A stretch of DNA of 64,000 nucleotides from the human T2T-CHM13v2.0 reference genome, Homo sapiens (GCF_009914755.1 NC_060925.1), one strand, 5' to 3'; counted from the first letter of the stretch, positions 40,241 to 55,519 are shown. The notes: generated by a model not told the origin, from the letters alone. Numbers and translations are program-made.

Positions 40241-40878
40241 AGGGGCGAAGTAGTACAATTGCTGCTAAAGCTTTAGCGCAATCAATTTTAATTAGCATTG
40301 CTCATTGTAAGAAATGATAAGGTATCAGTCATTGTAATTGCCAGTGTTGACAATTAGTCAAAGTCATTAACATCTCAAGACCTAAGATAATACAGACTTA
40401 CTGAATTTAAAGATTTGGAGGAAAATTAAGAAGAAATTGTTATGAAATGCCTTCAGTTTTCACAGGCTCAACAAACATACCCTGTGAATGATTACTTTCC
40501 AGTTTTCTTTGGGAGCTGAAGAGAGATTACCTAGGAACTGCCACTAGGCTGTGTTCTTTCTGTCTTCTCTGCAATCCACGGCACTACTAGGGAGATTCTT
40601 TCAAAAACACAAATTTCAGTGTGTCACTCAAATACCTCCAGGGTTTTCTCATTGCCCACAGGAAAAACCCCAATCTCCCTAGCACTGGATTCAAAGCTGG
40701 TAGATTTCTAGCTTCATCTCTTACATGCTCCTCCATCCTCCTTGTGCTTTCCTCTCAACTAATTTTCATACAAGCTGTTCCTCAAAACCACTTTCCTGTT
40801 TGGTGTATTTTGACTGCATAGACAGGTCTCCTTGCCTTACATCTGTTACTCCTTTTTCTGCCTGACAAACTTGTCCAC

Positions 40879-41196
<318 letters not shown>

Positions 41197-41720
41197 TGAG
41201 GACCAATTTGAATAACTCAAGAAAAACAACTAATGCTTTCCGCTCCTTGTGGATTTTTTTTAGGGAGCGGCTTCATGTGTCACCACATTATATTATAACT
41301 ACTTATTTATTTACCTATGTTTCCAACAAGAGTATGTCGTCTGGAGGTTCCTAATGTCTAGATCAGTGACCAGCAAATAATCAACCTGCAATAATTGTTT
41401 GTTGAATGGGCAAATCAATGGGTGGATGGAGAGAGAAATGATTGAATAAATGAACAAGGTAATAAATGAGTGAATAAACATGTTCATCAGCACATGGCTC
41501 CCTCAGCATAGTATATATCAATAGTCTGATCATAAACCCATTTATTTGGCACTGGGAGCTTCTCTTTCTCCTTCCTGAATTCAGAAAGAAATGAACAACA
41601 TGTGATATCTTCAAAATTCTAACTTGCTGTCAATATTAATTTATGATCTGCATTAGATTCATTAAATGTAATAACATCAACAAGAACTACTGGCATGCTT
41701 TCCATGTTCTTTTTAAAAAA

Positions 41721-42028
<308 letters not shown>

Positions 42029-42421
42029 TCTATATATAATAGTAACTTTTTAACATGCAACTTACTAACATTTCACATCTTTAGGAAATAAGGGTTATTC
42101 TTCTTATTCTTACTTTATAATTAAGCAATTGAGAGACAAAGAGAAGTTTAGAAACTTGCCCTAAGTCACCTAACTAGAAAGGGGCTCTGTCTCCAGGCTT
42201 ACTTTCACAGGATGAATAAAAAGAAAACATCACATACAGCTAGTGAATATACATTTTGTAAATATCCTTGATGCTTTCTAACTATTCTGCCCATATATAT
42301 TCAAGAGTCTTAAGACACAGTGTTGGGATGATGAGGAAGCAAGACAAAATGCAGAGATGTTGTTTTATAGAAGAAGTGACTCTAACTTACAGAGGAAAAA
42401 TTGTCATTAGAAGTAATAAGG

Positions 42422-42790
<369 letters not shown>

Positions 42791-43304
42791 CTACTCTCCT
42801 CCCTTTTGAATTTCTTCTGTCTCTTTTCTAACTTGTTGACAGCATCAACAGTCAACCAGTTTCCCACTTTATTTGACTGCTCTCTCCTCAGGTGCAATTG
42901 GTCATCCTCATGTGCTACCGGTCATTTGAATCCGACTCCTTCACTCTGTCCCCACAGCCATTACTTGAGTTCAGATTTTCTTTGTTTCTCTCTTGGTTTC
43001 CCTGACTCCAGTTTAATTTCCCTCAACTGTATTCCTAGTTACCATTATCATACTTTTTTTAAGTACAGTAATACTTTTACTAAAACTAAGTTTAATACAA
43101 AACAAAAACCTTGGTAACAATCATTGTATGTGTCTCATCCTTCCAGGATAGAGAACAAACTCCTTCACTTGGAGATAAATACCCAGCTCCAAACTGGCTA
43201 CTATCTACTTCACCTTCACCTTATTTCCAGCTACTCTGTTCCTTTCATCTTTTGCTGTACCTGCTGTGGATATTTGTCTAAGCACTTTCAAAATGTCACC
43301 CCAC

Positions 43305-45125
43305 TCACTCCTGGCCTATATGGTTTCCTCTGAGAAGTCTGTTATCAGATGAACCGAAGCCCCTTTATATGTTGTTTCTCTTCTCTTTCTGCTTTTAGTA
43401 TCTTCTCTTTGTCCTCGATCTTTGAGACTTTTATTTTTATATGCCTTGAGTATTCTTATTTGGGTTAAATCTGTTTGGTGATCTCTGACTTTTCTATGCC
43501 TGAAAGATATTTATATCTTTCAATATGTTTGGGAAATTTTGTTTTTATTTCTTTGAATATGCTTTCTATCCCTTGCTCTTTCTCAATTCCCTCTTGAACA
43601 CCAGTGATTCTTAGATTTACTCTTATGATGTAATTTTCTATATCTTGTAGGTGGTTTTCATTCTGCTTTCTTTTTTTCCTCTGACTATGTATTTTCAAAT
43701 AGACAGTCTTCCATTTATGCAGCCAAAAAACACAGGAAAAAATGCTCACCATCACTGGCCATCAGAGAAATGCAAATCAAAACCACAATGAGATACCATC
43801 TCACACCAGTTAGAATGGCGATCATTAAAAAGTCAGGAAACAACAGATGCTGGAGAGGATGTGGAGAAACAGGAACACTTTTACACTGTTGGTGGGACTG
43901 TAAACTAGTTCAACCATTGTGGAACTCAGTGTGGTGACTCCTCAGGGATCTAGAACTAGAAATACCATTTGACCCAGCCATCCCATTACTGGGTATATAC
44001 CCAAAGGATTATAAATCATGCTGCTATAAAGACATATGCACACGTATGTTTATTGCAGCACTAGTCACAATAGCAAAGACTTGGAACCAACCCAAATGTC
44101 CAACAATGATAGACTGGATTAAGAAAATGTGGCACATATACAGCATGGAATACTATGCAGCCATAAAAAATGATGAGTTCATGTCCTTTGTAGGGACATG
44201 GATGAAGCTGAAAACCATCATTCTCAGCAAACTATCGCAAGGACAAAAAACCAAACACCACATGTTCTCACTCATAGGTGGGAATTGAACAATGAGAACA
44301 CATGGACACAGGAAGGGGAACATCACACACCAGGGGTAGGGGGAGGAGGGAGGGATAGCATTAGGAGATATACCTAATGCTAAATGACGAGTTAATGGGT
44401 GCAGCACACCAACATGGCACATGTATACATATGTAACAAACCTGCATGTTGTGCATATGTACCCTAAAACTTAAAGTATAATAATAATAATAAAATAAAA
44501 AAAGAAAAAATAACAAAAAAAAATAGTCTTCAGGTTCACTGATTCTTTCCTCTGCTTGATCCATTCTGCTGTGAAGAGCCTCTAATATATTTTTTCAGTT
44601 CAGCAAATACATTTCTTAGTTCCAGGATTTCTGGGGGTCTTATTATTATTTCACCTCTTTGTTAAATTTCTCTGATAAATTTCTGAATTGTTTATTTCTG
44701 CACTATCTTGGAATTTGCTATTTCCTTAAAACTGCTATTTTGAATTCTTGATCTGAGAGCTTACATATTGCCATCTCGTTAGAGTTGGTCAATGGTTCCT
44801 TGCTCTGTCCATTTGAGGAGGCCATGGTTCCCTGTTTGCTGCCATTTCTTGAGGACATATGTTTATGTCTTAGCACTGATGGATTAGTTATTTATTCCAG
44901 TCTTTGCTGTCTGGCTTGTTATATTTTTTTCTTGAATATGTTTGCTTAGAGGCTCTTTGCAATTCACTGTCTGCTTGGAGTTTTTTCACTTGTCTGTGGC
45001 ACCAGGGGAGTGTTTCAGTCTCAGATTTGAGTTCTGGGATAATGCTGGTGATTACTTTGGTGCTGAGTATTTCTTTTTTATTTTGGTGGGGGCTAAAAGA
45101 GTAAAGCCAGATTGTTTCTACACCA
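43305..45125 (-). mobile_element. Old L1 (L1MA/PB-like) ORF1 and 5' region, split by a younger L1PA
   Basis: Minus ORF 43465-43755 contains NLRITGVQEGIEKEQGIESIFKEI (ORF1p-like); sequence resumes at 44521. Confidence 0.8.
43712..44520 (+). mobile_element. L1PA (PA3-5-like) 5'-truncated 3' end
   Basis: Near-consensus ORF2 C-terminus (MFIAALVTIAKTWNQPKCPTMIDWIKKMW), 3'UTR and A-tail; degenerate TSD AAATAGACAGTCTTC / AAATAGTCTTC. Confidence 0.95.
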
Positions 45126-45540
45126 CCCTTTTGAAGCTATGGATATTTATAACTCCCTTACTTTGCTCATGCAAAAAGAAGTATCATTTTATATTTTAAG
45201 GCATAATTCAAAGGGTGTTGCTCCTCCAGGATGCCATTTCTAGTCCTGCTCCAACTTGTAAAATGTATTCAAATTCTCATAATTTCCTCTAATACTTTCC
45301 CTCTAAGGCATCTACCTCTATGTTGGCATAAAGGTATGCCATGATGTTATAGAATGGCTTTACTTTCTCCGTTATGCTACTTATTTTTCAATAGTCTGAG
45401 CTCCTTTAGGATATATGCCATGTTTTAGTCATTTCGGTATCATCAGAATCTAGAGCAGTACTTGCCATTTGGAAGATATTTAGTAAATTTTTGAATTAGT
45501 TTTTAGAAGTCAGGCAAATTCTTAGTAAGTCTAGATTCCT

Positions 45541-46992
45541 AACAAAGCTGAAGGCATCATGCTACCAGACTTCAAACTACACCACAGGGCTATAGTAACC
45601 AAACAGCATGGTACTGGTACAAAAACAGACACACAGACCAATAGAACAGAATAGAGAACCCAGAAATGAGACAGCACACCTACAACTATCTGGTCTTCAA
45701 AAACCTGACAAAAATAAGCAATGGGGAAAGGATTCCTTATTCAATAAATGGTGCTGGAATAACTGGTTAGCTATATACAGAAGATTGAAACTGGACCTCT
45801 TCCTTACACCATATACAAAAATTAACTCAAGGTAGATTAAGAACTTAAATTTAAAACCCCAAAGTATAAAAACTCTGAAAGATAACTTAAGCAATACCAT
45901 TCAGGATATAGACAAGGAAAAAGATTTTGTGATGAAGCCACCAAAAGCAGTTGCAACAAAAGTGAAAATTGATAAATGGGATCTAATTAAGCTAAAGAGT
46001 TCTACATAGCAAAATAAACTATCAACAGAGTAAACAGACAACCTACAAAACGGGAGAAAATTTTTGCAAACTATGCGTTCGACAAAGGTCTAATGTCCAG
46101 CATTTATAAGAAAATTAAACAAATTTACAAGAATAAAAAGATCTTATTAAAAAGTGGTCAAAGGACATGAATGGACACTTTTCAAAAGAAGACATACATG
46201 CAGCCAACAATCATGTGGAAAGAAGCTCAGAATCACAGATCATTAGAGAAATACAAATCAAAACCACAGTGAGATACCATGTCGCACCAGTCAGAATGGC
46301 TATTATTAAAAAATAAAAAATAAAACAGATGCTGGCAAAGTTGTGGAGAAAAAGGAACACTTATACACTGTTGGTGGGAGTGTAAATTAGTTCATTTATT
46401 GTGGCCAATAGTGTGGTGATTCCTCAAAGACCTAAGGACAAAAATACAATTAGACCCAGCAATCCTATCACTGGTATATACCCAAAGGAATATAAATTAT
46501 TCTATTATAAAGACACATGCACATGTATATTCGTTGCAGCACTATTCACAATATCAAAGACATAGAATCAACCTAAATGCCCATCAATAATAGACTGGAT
46601 AAAGAAAATGTGGTACAGATACACCATGGAATACTATGCAGCCATAAGAAAAAAATGAGATCATGTCCTTTGCAGGGAGACGGATGGAACTGGAGGCCCT
46701 TATCCTTAGCAAACTAACACAGGAACAGAAAACCAAGTACTGCATGTTCTCACTTATAAGTGGGAGCTAAATGATGAGAACACATGGACACATAAAGGGG
46801 AACAACACACACAGTGGCCCATTGGAGGGTGGAGGGTGAGAGGAGGGAGAGGATCAGGAAAAATAACTAATGGGTACTAGGCTTAATACCTGGGAGATAA
46901 AATAATCTGTAAAACAAACCCCCATGACAAAAGTGTACCTATGTAAAAAACCTGTACATGTACTCCTGAACTTAAAATAAAAGTTAAAAAGA
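45541..46992 (+). mobile_element. L1PA (PA11-14-like) 5'-truncated element
   Basis: ORF2 3' remnant; GGATCAGGAAAAATAACTAATGGGTACTAGGCTTAATACCTGGG 3'UTR; TSD core AGATTCCT on both flanks. Confidence 0.92.
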
Positions 46993-47666
46993 AATCCAGA
47001 TTCCTGGCTTCTAAAAAATTGGATGATTTTGTCAAAACTAGACAGACTTAAATTCCTCTGTTGTAGCAATAAACAGAAGCTGTTTTCTAAGGGCTAGGCA
47101 CTCTCCAGTTTGCTGCACTCCCCACCAATGCCTCTCATATTACTCCCATCTGATGTAACTAATTTAAGGTAACCCCTGGCCTCTGAGCATTTTTCATTTT
47201 GTGATGCAAATTATAGCACCAATTACAGATGAGAGTTGAATTCAGTTTTAATAATGGTTTATTCCATCCTTGAGATGCTATGATTCTAAGTACCATTTTC
47301 AAACACAAAGTAATCTCAAGCAGCAAAGGAACCTTGATAGCTTCCATTTTTAGCTTCTTTCTAAACCAGCAGAATTCAAGACATTATTAACTATTTGGCC
47401 TTTTAGGAAAGTCAGTTGAAATACAAATTTATAAGGATGCATTTGGTAGAAGAGCCAACTCCAGAAAGTAATGTAAACTCTATTCCTGTGTTGACCAATA
47501 TGTAATTTTGTATGTATCTGACAAAAGAAGCTGAATCTGAGAAGACAATTCTAATTGTTTCTGATTGCATTATGCAAATAGTTTCAATAGATCTACTAGT
47601 CTATTGAACTTACTATTTGACCAGTTGATGTGACTCTAAAATGCCCTTGCTCTTTGGGAAATTTCT

Positions 47667-47762
47667 CTTCCTTCCTTCCTTCCTTCCTTCCTTCCTTCCT
47701 TCCTTCCTTCCTTCCTTCCTTTTCATCTTTCCTTCCTTCCTTTCTTTCTTTCTTTTTCTTTG
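47667..47762. repeat. (CTTC)n / CT-rich microsatellite
   Basis: About 13 CTTC units, then degenerate. Confidence 0.95.
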
Positions 47763-49035
47763 TGTAAACATCAGCTAGAATTTCTATAGACAGGATTAAA
47801 AGTCTGGGAAAAAATCTGAGCTTTTAGTGTGGCATAATAAAAATAGTACTAAATTATAAGAGCAGGGTGATCATAAACAGCAGCCCATCACCTTTATATT
47901 ACCCATAGTCCTTTACATAGTATTCTACTCATAGTTGTGGTTAATGAATCTACTGAATAAATGCATACGCTAAGAGCCAGACGAACTAGTCTTCCCAAGT
48001 AGTCAAATATCTTGCCTTCTGGTGATGTCTCAGATTATTTTAGGTACAGAAGATTTGTTTTACATAGTGTTCACCTGGTATATATTTTTCCATTTTTAAA
48101 ACTGTTAATCTTTCAGCATCCTCATAGTTTAGGTAAGTTCCTGTAAGTAGCATATATCTGGATTTTTTAAAAATCCATTGTGATCTGTGTATTTTAACAG
48201 AGTTTAGTCTATTTACATATGGCTACTAATAACTATGGATTTGCTTTAACAGTTTGTACTTCCTATTTACATTGCATTAAAAATATATTTCTCCTTCATT
48301 TCTCTTTTCTGTTGGATTAGGTTTTCTTTTTCCATTTTTCTCTCTACCAGCTTAGAAGATATTCATTCTTTTCTATTCTTTTAATAAGAATATTTGACTT
48401 AAAATATAAAGTTAATAAAAAGCTATCCCTACCCCTAAGCAAATAAATGAATAAATAGCTTAAACTCATTTTAATTCTGATCACTTTGCTGCATATCTTA
48501 CCTTTAATTTTTGCCTAATATTGTAGATCAATCTTATTTTTAAATCGACAGAGTAGTGATTATTTGCTTATTACGTCTCTCTCCTATCAGAAATATGACA
48601 CTGCTGCATCCCATTTACAATAATGTTTAACACATAGTACTTAATACGTATCTTTGGACTAATGAATCAATACAATACTAGGGTTTTTTTTTTTTTTCTT
48701 TTTTTACTGCTAATGCTTGGTGACATTTAGTCACATGCTTAGTAATATCTTTTTTCCTCATTTTTCTTTTTGCATCTTACTTTTTCACGGCTTACTTTTT
48801 TTCAAATATATAATTTAAGGTATATAGCTTAAATTTTATAGTGTTTATACTTTAAACTTTTTATTTTGAAATAGTTACAGATTCACAAAAAGGTTACAAA
48901 AATAGTACAGAAGGGTCACATGTGCTCATGTGACACTGCTGAATCCTTTTTTACAACACATAGTACTTAATACATATTTTTGGACTGAATAAATAAATCC
49001 ATTTTTTAAAAAATCATGTTTGTTAATATTTACTC

Positions 49036-49424
49036 TTCCTTCCTTCTTCCCTCCTTCTCTCTTTCTCTACTTTTTTTCTCTTTCTCTTTTCCTCCCTCCA
49101 TCCTTTCCTTCCTTTTCTCTTTCTTTTCCTTTCTTTCCAGGGTGTCAGTCTGTTGTCCAGGCTGGAGTCCTGTGGTACCATCAGGGCTCACTGCACCCTC
49201 AACCTCCCCAGGCTCAGGTGATCAATCCTCAATCCTCCCACCTCAGCCTCTTGAGTAGCTGGGGTTACAGGTGCACACTACCACACTCAGCTAATTTTTG
49301 TATTTTTTTGTAGAGATGGGTTTTTGCCATGTTTCTTAGGCTGGTCTCGAATTCCTGCAAGTGATCTGCCCACCTCAGTCTTCCAAAGTGCTGCAATTAC
49401 AGGTGTAAGCTACCATGCCCAGAC
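49036..49424 (-). mobile_element. AluJ with CT-rich expanded tail
   Basis: CAGGGTGTC...GGCTCACTGCACCCTCAACCTCCCCAGGCTCAGG; TACTC on both flanks. Confidence 0.9.
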
Positions 49425-49600
49425 TACTCACATGTTTATCAATATCTTTTCTCCCCATTTTTCTTTGACCTTTACCCAATTTCCCCCAATGGTTATATCC
49501 TACCCCAACCAGGAAATTTGTGCACTAGGTGTATATATTTATATGCTGTTTTATCACGTGTGAATTCATGTATTAACCACCCCAATTAAGATACATTCCA

Positions 49601-49921
<321 letters not shown>

Positions 49922-50489
49922 CAGATATATTCTATCACTACAAAGACCATCCTCACGCCCTCCTACCCCCAACTCTACTCCACCTTATCTAATTGCTGGC
50001 AACTACTAATCTGTTCTCATCTCTATAATTTTGTCATTTTGAGAATTTATAAATGGAATCACACATCACACAGTATGTGACCTTTAGGTATTAGATTTTT
50101 TTTTATCCATCATAATGCTCTTGAGATCCATTCACATTATTGTGTGAATAAGAAAATAAGAAACTTTTTTTTTTTTTTTTGCTGTGTAGTATTTCATAGT
50201 ACGGATGTGTTGCAATTTCTTAAACCATTCAACTATTGAGGGGCATTTTGTTTATTTTTAGTTTTGGGCTATTAAAGTAAGGCTGTTATGAATATATTTA
50301 TGTACATGTTTTTGTGAATCGAGGTTTTCATTTCTCTGGGAATGAATGCCCAGGAGTGTGATTGCTGAGTTGTATGGTAAGTGTTTAATCTTATAAGAAA
50401 TTGCCCAATTATATTCCAGACTGGCTGTACCATTTTACATTCTTGTGTCCATATATCTAAGTATAGATTTATATGTTTTATATATTGAT

Positions 50490-51826
50490 GTTTTCTTTTT
50501 CTAAGAATTCATATATTTATTCCAGTCTGTACAGACAGGACTTATTTGTACTCATCCTTCTTAAGAGGGCTTTCTATGAATTCAAAGGGGATTGAGGGTT
50601 GTGACCTAAGCCTGAAGTCACGTCAGCTGTTTTAACATTAGGGGGCTCTCTGAGCCCAGGATCTATGTGACTCTTGCAGATGCCCTACATACACTGCCTT
50701 GGTGGACTTGGGTAGGAAAGGGAAGAATTCCCTGGGTTACCAGGCAAAGTTACTCTCTTTCCACTCTTTCCCCAAATTGGAAGGAGTCTCTCTCCATGTG
50801 GGCTGCCCTGAGTTAGGGAAGGGGTCATATGGGCACTCCCATGGCCACTATCACTGGCACTGCACAAGGTCACATCTGAAGCCTTACAGACCAGCATAGT
50901 ACTGGGGCTCACCCAAGGCCTGCAGCTACCACTCCCTGACTGCTGCTGATGTTTTTGCAAGGCCCAAGACCACTTCAGTCAACAGGTGGTGAATTCTGCC
51001 TGGATTGGGTCTATTCCATCAGGCCAGCAGATTCCCTTCCAGCTCAAGGTGGCTTTAGAAATGCTGACTAGGAGCAAAGACCTGGAATCTGGGCTTCAAG
51101 AATTTACCTGGTGCTTTATTTTACTGTGGCTGGGCTAGTACCCAAGTTGTAAGACGTCGTTCTCTGTACTCTTCCTTCTCTTTCCCTCAAGTGGAAGGAG
51201 TCTCTCCTGGAGCTGTACTGCCTGAATTGGAGGAGGTGATGCAGGCAGTCTCTTGGGCTCTGGTGTTGCACTGAGTTGCACTCAAAGTCCAGTGCTTCTG
51301 AGATCAGCAAAGCAGCAGGGCTTGCCCTAGGACTGTGGTCCTTGTGGCATGACTGCTACTCAAATTTATTCTGGGTCCCAGGCCACTTCAGTTAGTCAGT
51401 GGTGAAGCTGGCTGTGACTTGGGTTCCTCCCAATGGGGCACAGAATTTCCCTGTGGGCCAGGGCTGGTCTGAAGGCTCCTGTCCTGGGTGCCAGCAGAAT
51501 TCTGCCCTTTGCTATGTTCCACTGTGATACGACAGTACCGAGTCCCACTCTTGCTTTGCTCTCTCTCCCTTAAGCACAGATTTTCTCTCCATGCTCTGCT
51601 GCTTGGGTTTGAGGGAGGGATGGTGCATGCAATGCAAGACCGTCTTTCCTATCCTCTTCAATTCCTCTCTCCTTAATATTATGTTCAGATCAGGCACTGT
51701 GATCACTCTAATTGTTTTGGCTCCTACGAAGGTGTTTTCTTGCATGAATAGTTGTTCAATCTGGTGTTCCTGCAGGAAACAATCACACGAGGGCTCTATT
51801 TGTCCATCTGGTTCCACTTCCTCCTA
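50490..51826 (-). mobile_element. Old L1 5'UTR region (L1M1/M2-like)
   Basis: GC-richer block with internally repeated motifs (AAGGAGTCTCTC; CCACTTCAGT...GTGGTGAA) typical of L1MA 5' ends. Confidence 0.65.
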
Positions 51827-52287
51827 AGGAATCATGCAGTTTTATCAAATCTGGAAAAGTTTTGTTATTAATTCTTTGAATATTTTTTATTCCAATTTTT
51901 TCTATTCTCTTTTCCTGAAAAATACCATTAAAATAAATTAGAACATTTGGTCCTATTCTCCCTATCTACTTTTAAAGTCTTTTTAAATATTCTTTACTTC
52001 CTTATTTCTCTTTGTGAACTCCAGATATTTCTGTATTCCAGTTCACTAGTTATATTTCCAACTATATCTGAATTACTATTTAATCCAGTCATGGAGTTTA
52101 TTTTAATGACTATAGTTTACATTGGTAGAAATTCCATTTGGTAATTTCAAAGATATTTTTCTTTTCCTTTTCCATGCTTTCTTATTCATTGCTTAAAAAT
52201 TTCCAATTCCCATTTATGATTTTATTAATTTAAACCTCCCTCTTATCTCTCTTTCTCTCTCTATATATATATGTTCAACTTTTATAT

Positions 52288-52910
52288 TGAAGTGCTGTCA
52301 TTGTCTGGGGTAATAACCGAGGCTCATTACCCCACCGCCTCAGAAAACAAGGATGCAGACACACCAGAGTGAGGTTAAGAGTGGAAGTTTCATAGGTGAA
52401 AGAAAAAAAAGAGCTCTCTTGCTACAGAGAAGGGTCCCAGAGAAAATGGGTTGCTGGTTCTGCAGCAGAATGCAGGAGATTTTATAGATGAGCTTGAGGA
52501 GGTGGTGTCTGACTTACGCACAAGATTGATTGGACCAGGTGTGCCATTTGCATAGCATGTGAAAATCTGGCCACCCCACCCCCCAATTTTATTATGCAGA
52601 TGGGTTCTCTACCTGGATGGAGCTATGTTGCTTGTTCCTTATTGTACAGGTGGTGACAAAAGGGAAGACGGAGCCTCCATGTTCAACATACCTAGCTTCC
52701 AGGTAGCCCCTTTTTATTGGCACGGCTGCTGGCATTCACCCACGCAAGTTTCCAGCTTGCTTTTCTACTTTTGCGACTTGATTTTTCAGGCTGTTCTTTG
52801 TTAGAAAAGAAATGATTTGGGGGCTGCTTTTTATTAAAAGGGAAGCCTTGCGGAGGACTCCTTTTACCCTCACTATCTTCCTAAATAATTTTTTTCTAGC
52901 TCCTATATCT
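52288..52910 (-). mobile_element. ERV1 solo LTR (LTR9-like)
   Basis: Reverse strand begins ...ATATAGGAGCTAGAAAAAAATTATTTAGGAAGATAGTGAGGGTAA; 4-bp TSD ATAT on both sides. Confidence 0.8.
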
Positions 52911-53569
52911 ATATCACCTGAAGTTATTGGGTGTTTAATGTTTTTGTTTAGTGCCTACTGACTCTCACCCATGTCAATTTGTTTGCTTGTAAGTTTTTGC
53001 AATTCTGAATTTTGATTTCATCATTACATTTCTCTGTGGACATCCTGTGAAGCCTCGGTTGAAGGTGTATACCTCCATAGGTTTTCTGCTTACTTCTGCC
53101 TGGTGTCTCAGGGTCAATTTTATTTGTTTAGAGTTTCATACTACGGAATAGTATACAATAAAATCTCTAGTCTAATTCCATGATTCTGAGTTCTTAAAGA
53201 AAAAGTTTTCACCATCTGTAACTCAAAACAAGATGTACAAACTTCACTGTTGTCTATACTATAGGTGAATTTTTCTTAAGACAGTCTTTTATACAGTCAG
53301 GCCTTATGAGCATGTTCTCAGTTTCACCATGAGAGAGCTTAAGTATTAGTCGGTTTTCCCAAAGTTGACTTAAAACCTATGTCCCCAAGTTGTTGCGACT
53401 GGAAATTTTTCTCTCCACCTCATGGCTTTATTGTCACTATTTTAATTTGCTGTTTTTTTTGGAGGGGGGAGGTTAATTCTTTGCTTTAGGACTCTTGTAG
53501 TTTCCCTTTATTTCTTGTGCACTCAGTCTTTCATGCAAGATTTACTTTATCTAGGTTTTTAGTGTGTGT

Positions 53570-54166
53570 GTGTGGAATAAAGAGTTTAATAGACAAGAGG
53601 CCAGCCACGACACATGGAAGACAAAGTTGTTACTCAACTCAATCTCCACAAAAATTCAAAGGCTAGGGTTTCTCAAGGATGGTAGGCCAGGGAGTCCCTT
53701 TATGTGTGGGGCCACAGGACAGGTCCAAGATTGGGGCAGGCAGGAGGGTCAGGGAGGCAGCTGCTCCAGTTGGAGACACTGGTTGTCAGAAATGCAAAAA
53801 CCTGAAAAGACATCTCAAAAGGCCAATCTTAGATTCTACAATAGTGATGTTATCTGCAGGAGTAATTGTAGAAGTTACATGTCTTGTGACCTCAGGAATA
53901 ATGGCTGGTAATCATTTATCTCTACACCTTAGCAGAATTGGCTCCACTCATCCTCCTAACCTGATGCCCTTTCATTAGTTTTATCAATGCAGCTGAATTT
54001 TGTCAAAGGCCTATTATCATTTAAACTATAAACTAAATGTTTCCCAAAGTTAGCTTGGCCTAAGCCTAGAAATGAGCAAAGACAGCCAGCCAGTGAGGCT
54101 AGAAGCAAGATAGGGTCAGCCATGTAGGATTTATCTCACTGTCATTATTTTGCAAAGGTGGTTTCA
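53570..54166 (-). mobile_element. ERV1 MER4-group LTR (LTR8/MER50-like)
   Basis: Reverse strand begins TGAAACCACCTTTGCAAAATAATGACAGTGAGA...CTATCTTGCTTCTAGCCTCAC. Confidence 0.8.
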
Positions 54167-54700
54167 ATCCCTCCCTTTGGATTTCATAACACCTTATTCT
54201 TAAGGTGTGGGCTATGCAGATGGGAAAAGGCCTAGACTACTCTGGCTTCTTCCTGCTGACAGGGGGAGTGGTGGGGATAGCAGTTGGCTCCAGGGGAATA
54301 GGAGTGAAACTGCTGCTTTGCAGCTGTCTGCCTGTACTCACGGGTGCCTGTCAAGGCTTGCATGACAAGCATGTTAGCACTCTCATCCACAGTTTAGCAT
54401 AGCACTTAAGTGAACAGCGGACTATAAGTTAATGAGTAGGTTGTTAGAAAGACAGATTGGGATAAGCAGGAAAGAGTAGATTAAAATATACTGCCCCATA
54501 TCTTTTTAGTCAGTTTCCTAGTCCTGAAACTAGATGAGTTCAGTTAAACAGCTGTTTCCCATATCAGGAGATGGCACTGCAGATGGGCTAGGCCTCTACA
54601 TGTGATGAAGGCAAACTGATTTTTAATAAGAGGCATGTCTATGGAAACAGAAGAAAAACAAAGGTTAATGTTATCCAGGTATAGAGTAAAGCTTTTTCAG
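54167..54700 (-). mobile_element. ERV1 internal 3' remnant with PPT
   Basis: ATCCCTCCCTTTGG (reverse AAAGGGAGGGAT) abuts the LTR; CTTCTTCCTGCTGACAGGGGG resembles the ERV env 3' region; distal limit uncertain. Confidence 0.6.
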
Positions 54701-55519
54701 GTTATCTAGACTAACATGTTATTGGAAATCAAAAATTGTATAGGTAATTTTTATATTTAAGTTTTATACTGAACTTCAATGGTCCTTTGGAAGCTTTTAT
54801 ATTATTTTTTTCTATATTACTCAGAATTTTAATAGCCACCATACTACAAACATTTGGAGTTTTCCCCTGCAGATAAATTTTTTACGAGATATCTCAAAAC
54901 ATGACTCACTACTGTTTTAGTCAAGTACTATATGTGTTGAATTTTTAAAAAGTATTCCATCTTATTTTAAGTGACATGTTATTACTTCATTTTAGAAACA
55001 CGGTTCTGCTTAGCACATCAACATAAGAATCAAGAAGTTACTATTGCCACAATTTTCTAAGGGGAAATGAGAATACCCACCAAAGTGAGGCCTACCTACA
55101 AAAATGTACTCCTTGTAATTTTATTCCAAATAGCTAAAGACTCGATGCTTTGGACTTTACTGGTACCTTGATTAACTCATAGAGATATAGAATAATATCT
55201 GTATCACAAGGGACAGTTAAAATCGTTTAGAGATAATTGAATCAAGTTTTGTAACATACTTTTTGGGAATTGTGTAGCAAATCACCTTTTAAGAATTATT
55301 AGTGATGTACCCAATATTCCAAATTATTTGCTTTTTTAATGTTTTAAATGAATTAGAATAGGATTCAAGGTTATCTTAAAATGTCAGTCTCACTCATGTG
55401 CTTCTGATATGCTTACCTGAGCAGAAGGAAAGGGACTGAGCTATATATATAGTACATGGGTAATTGTGTACAACCCTGGGGCTGCTCAGGAGAGTGTGTA
55501 AATATTATTTTTATTTGAA

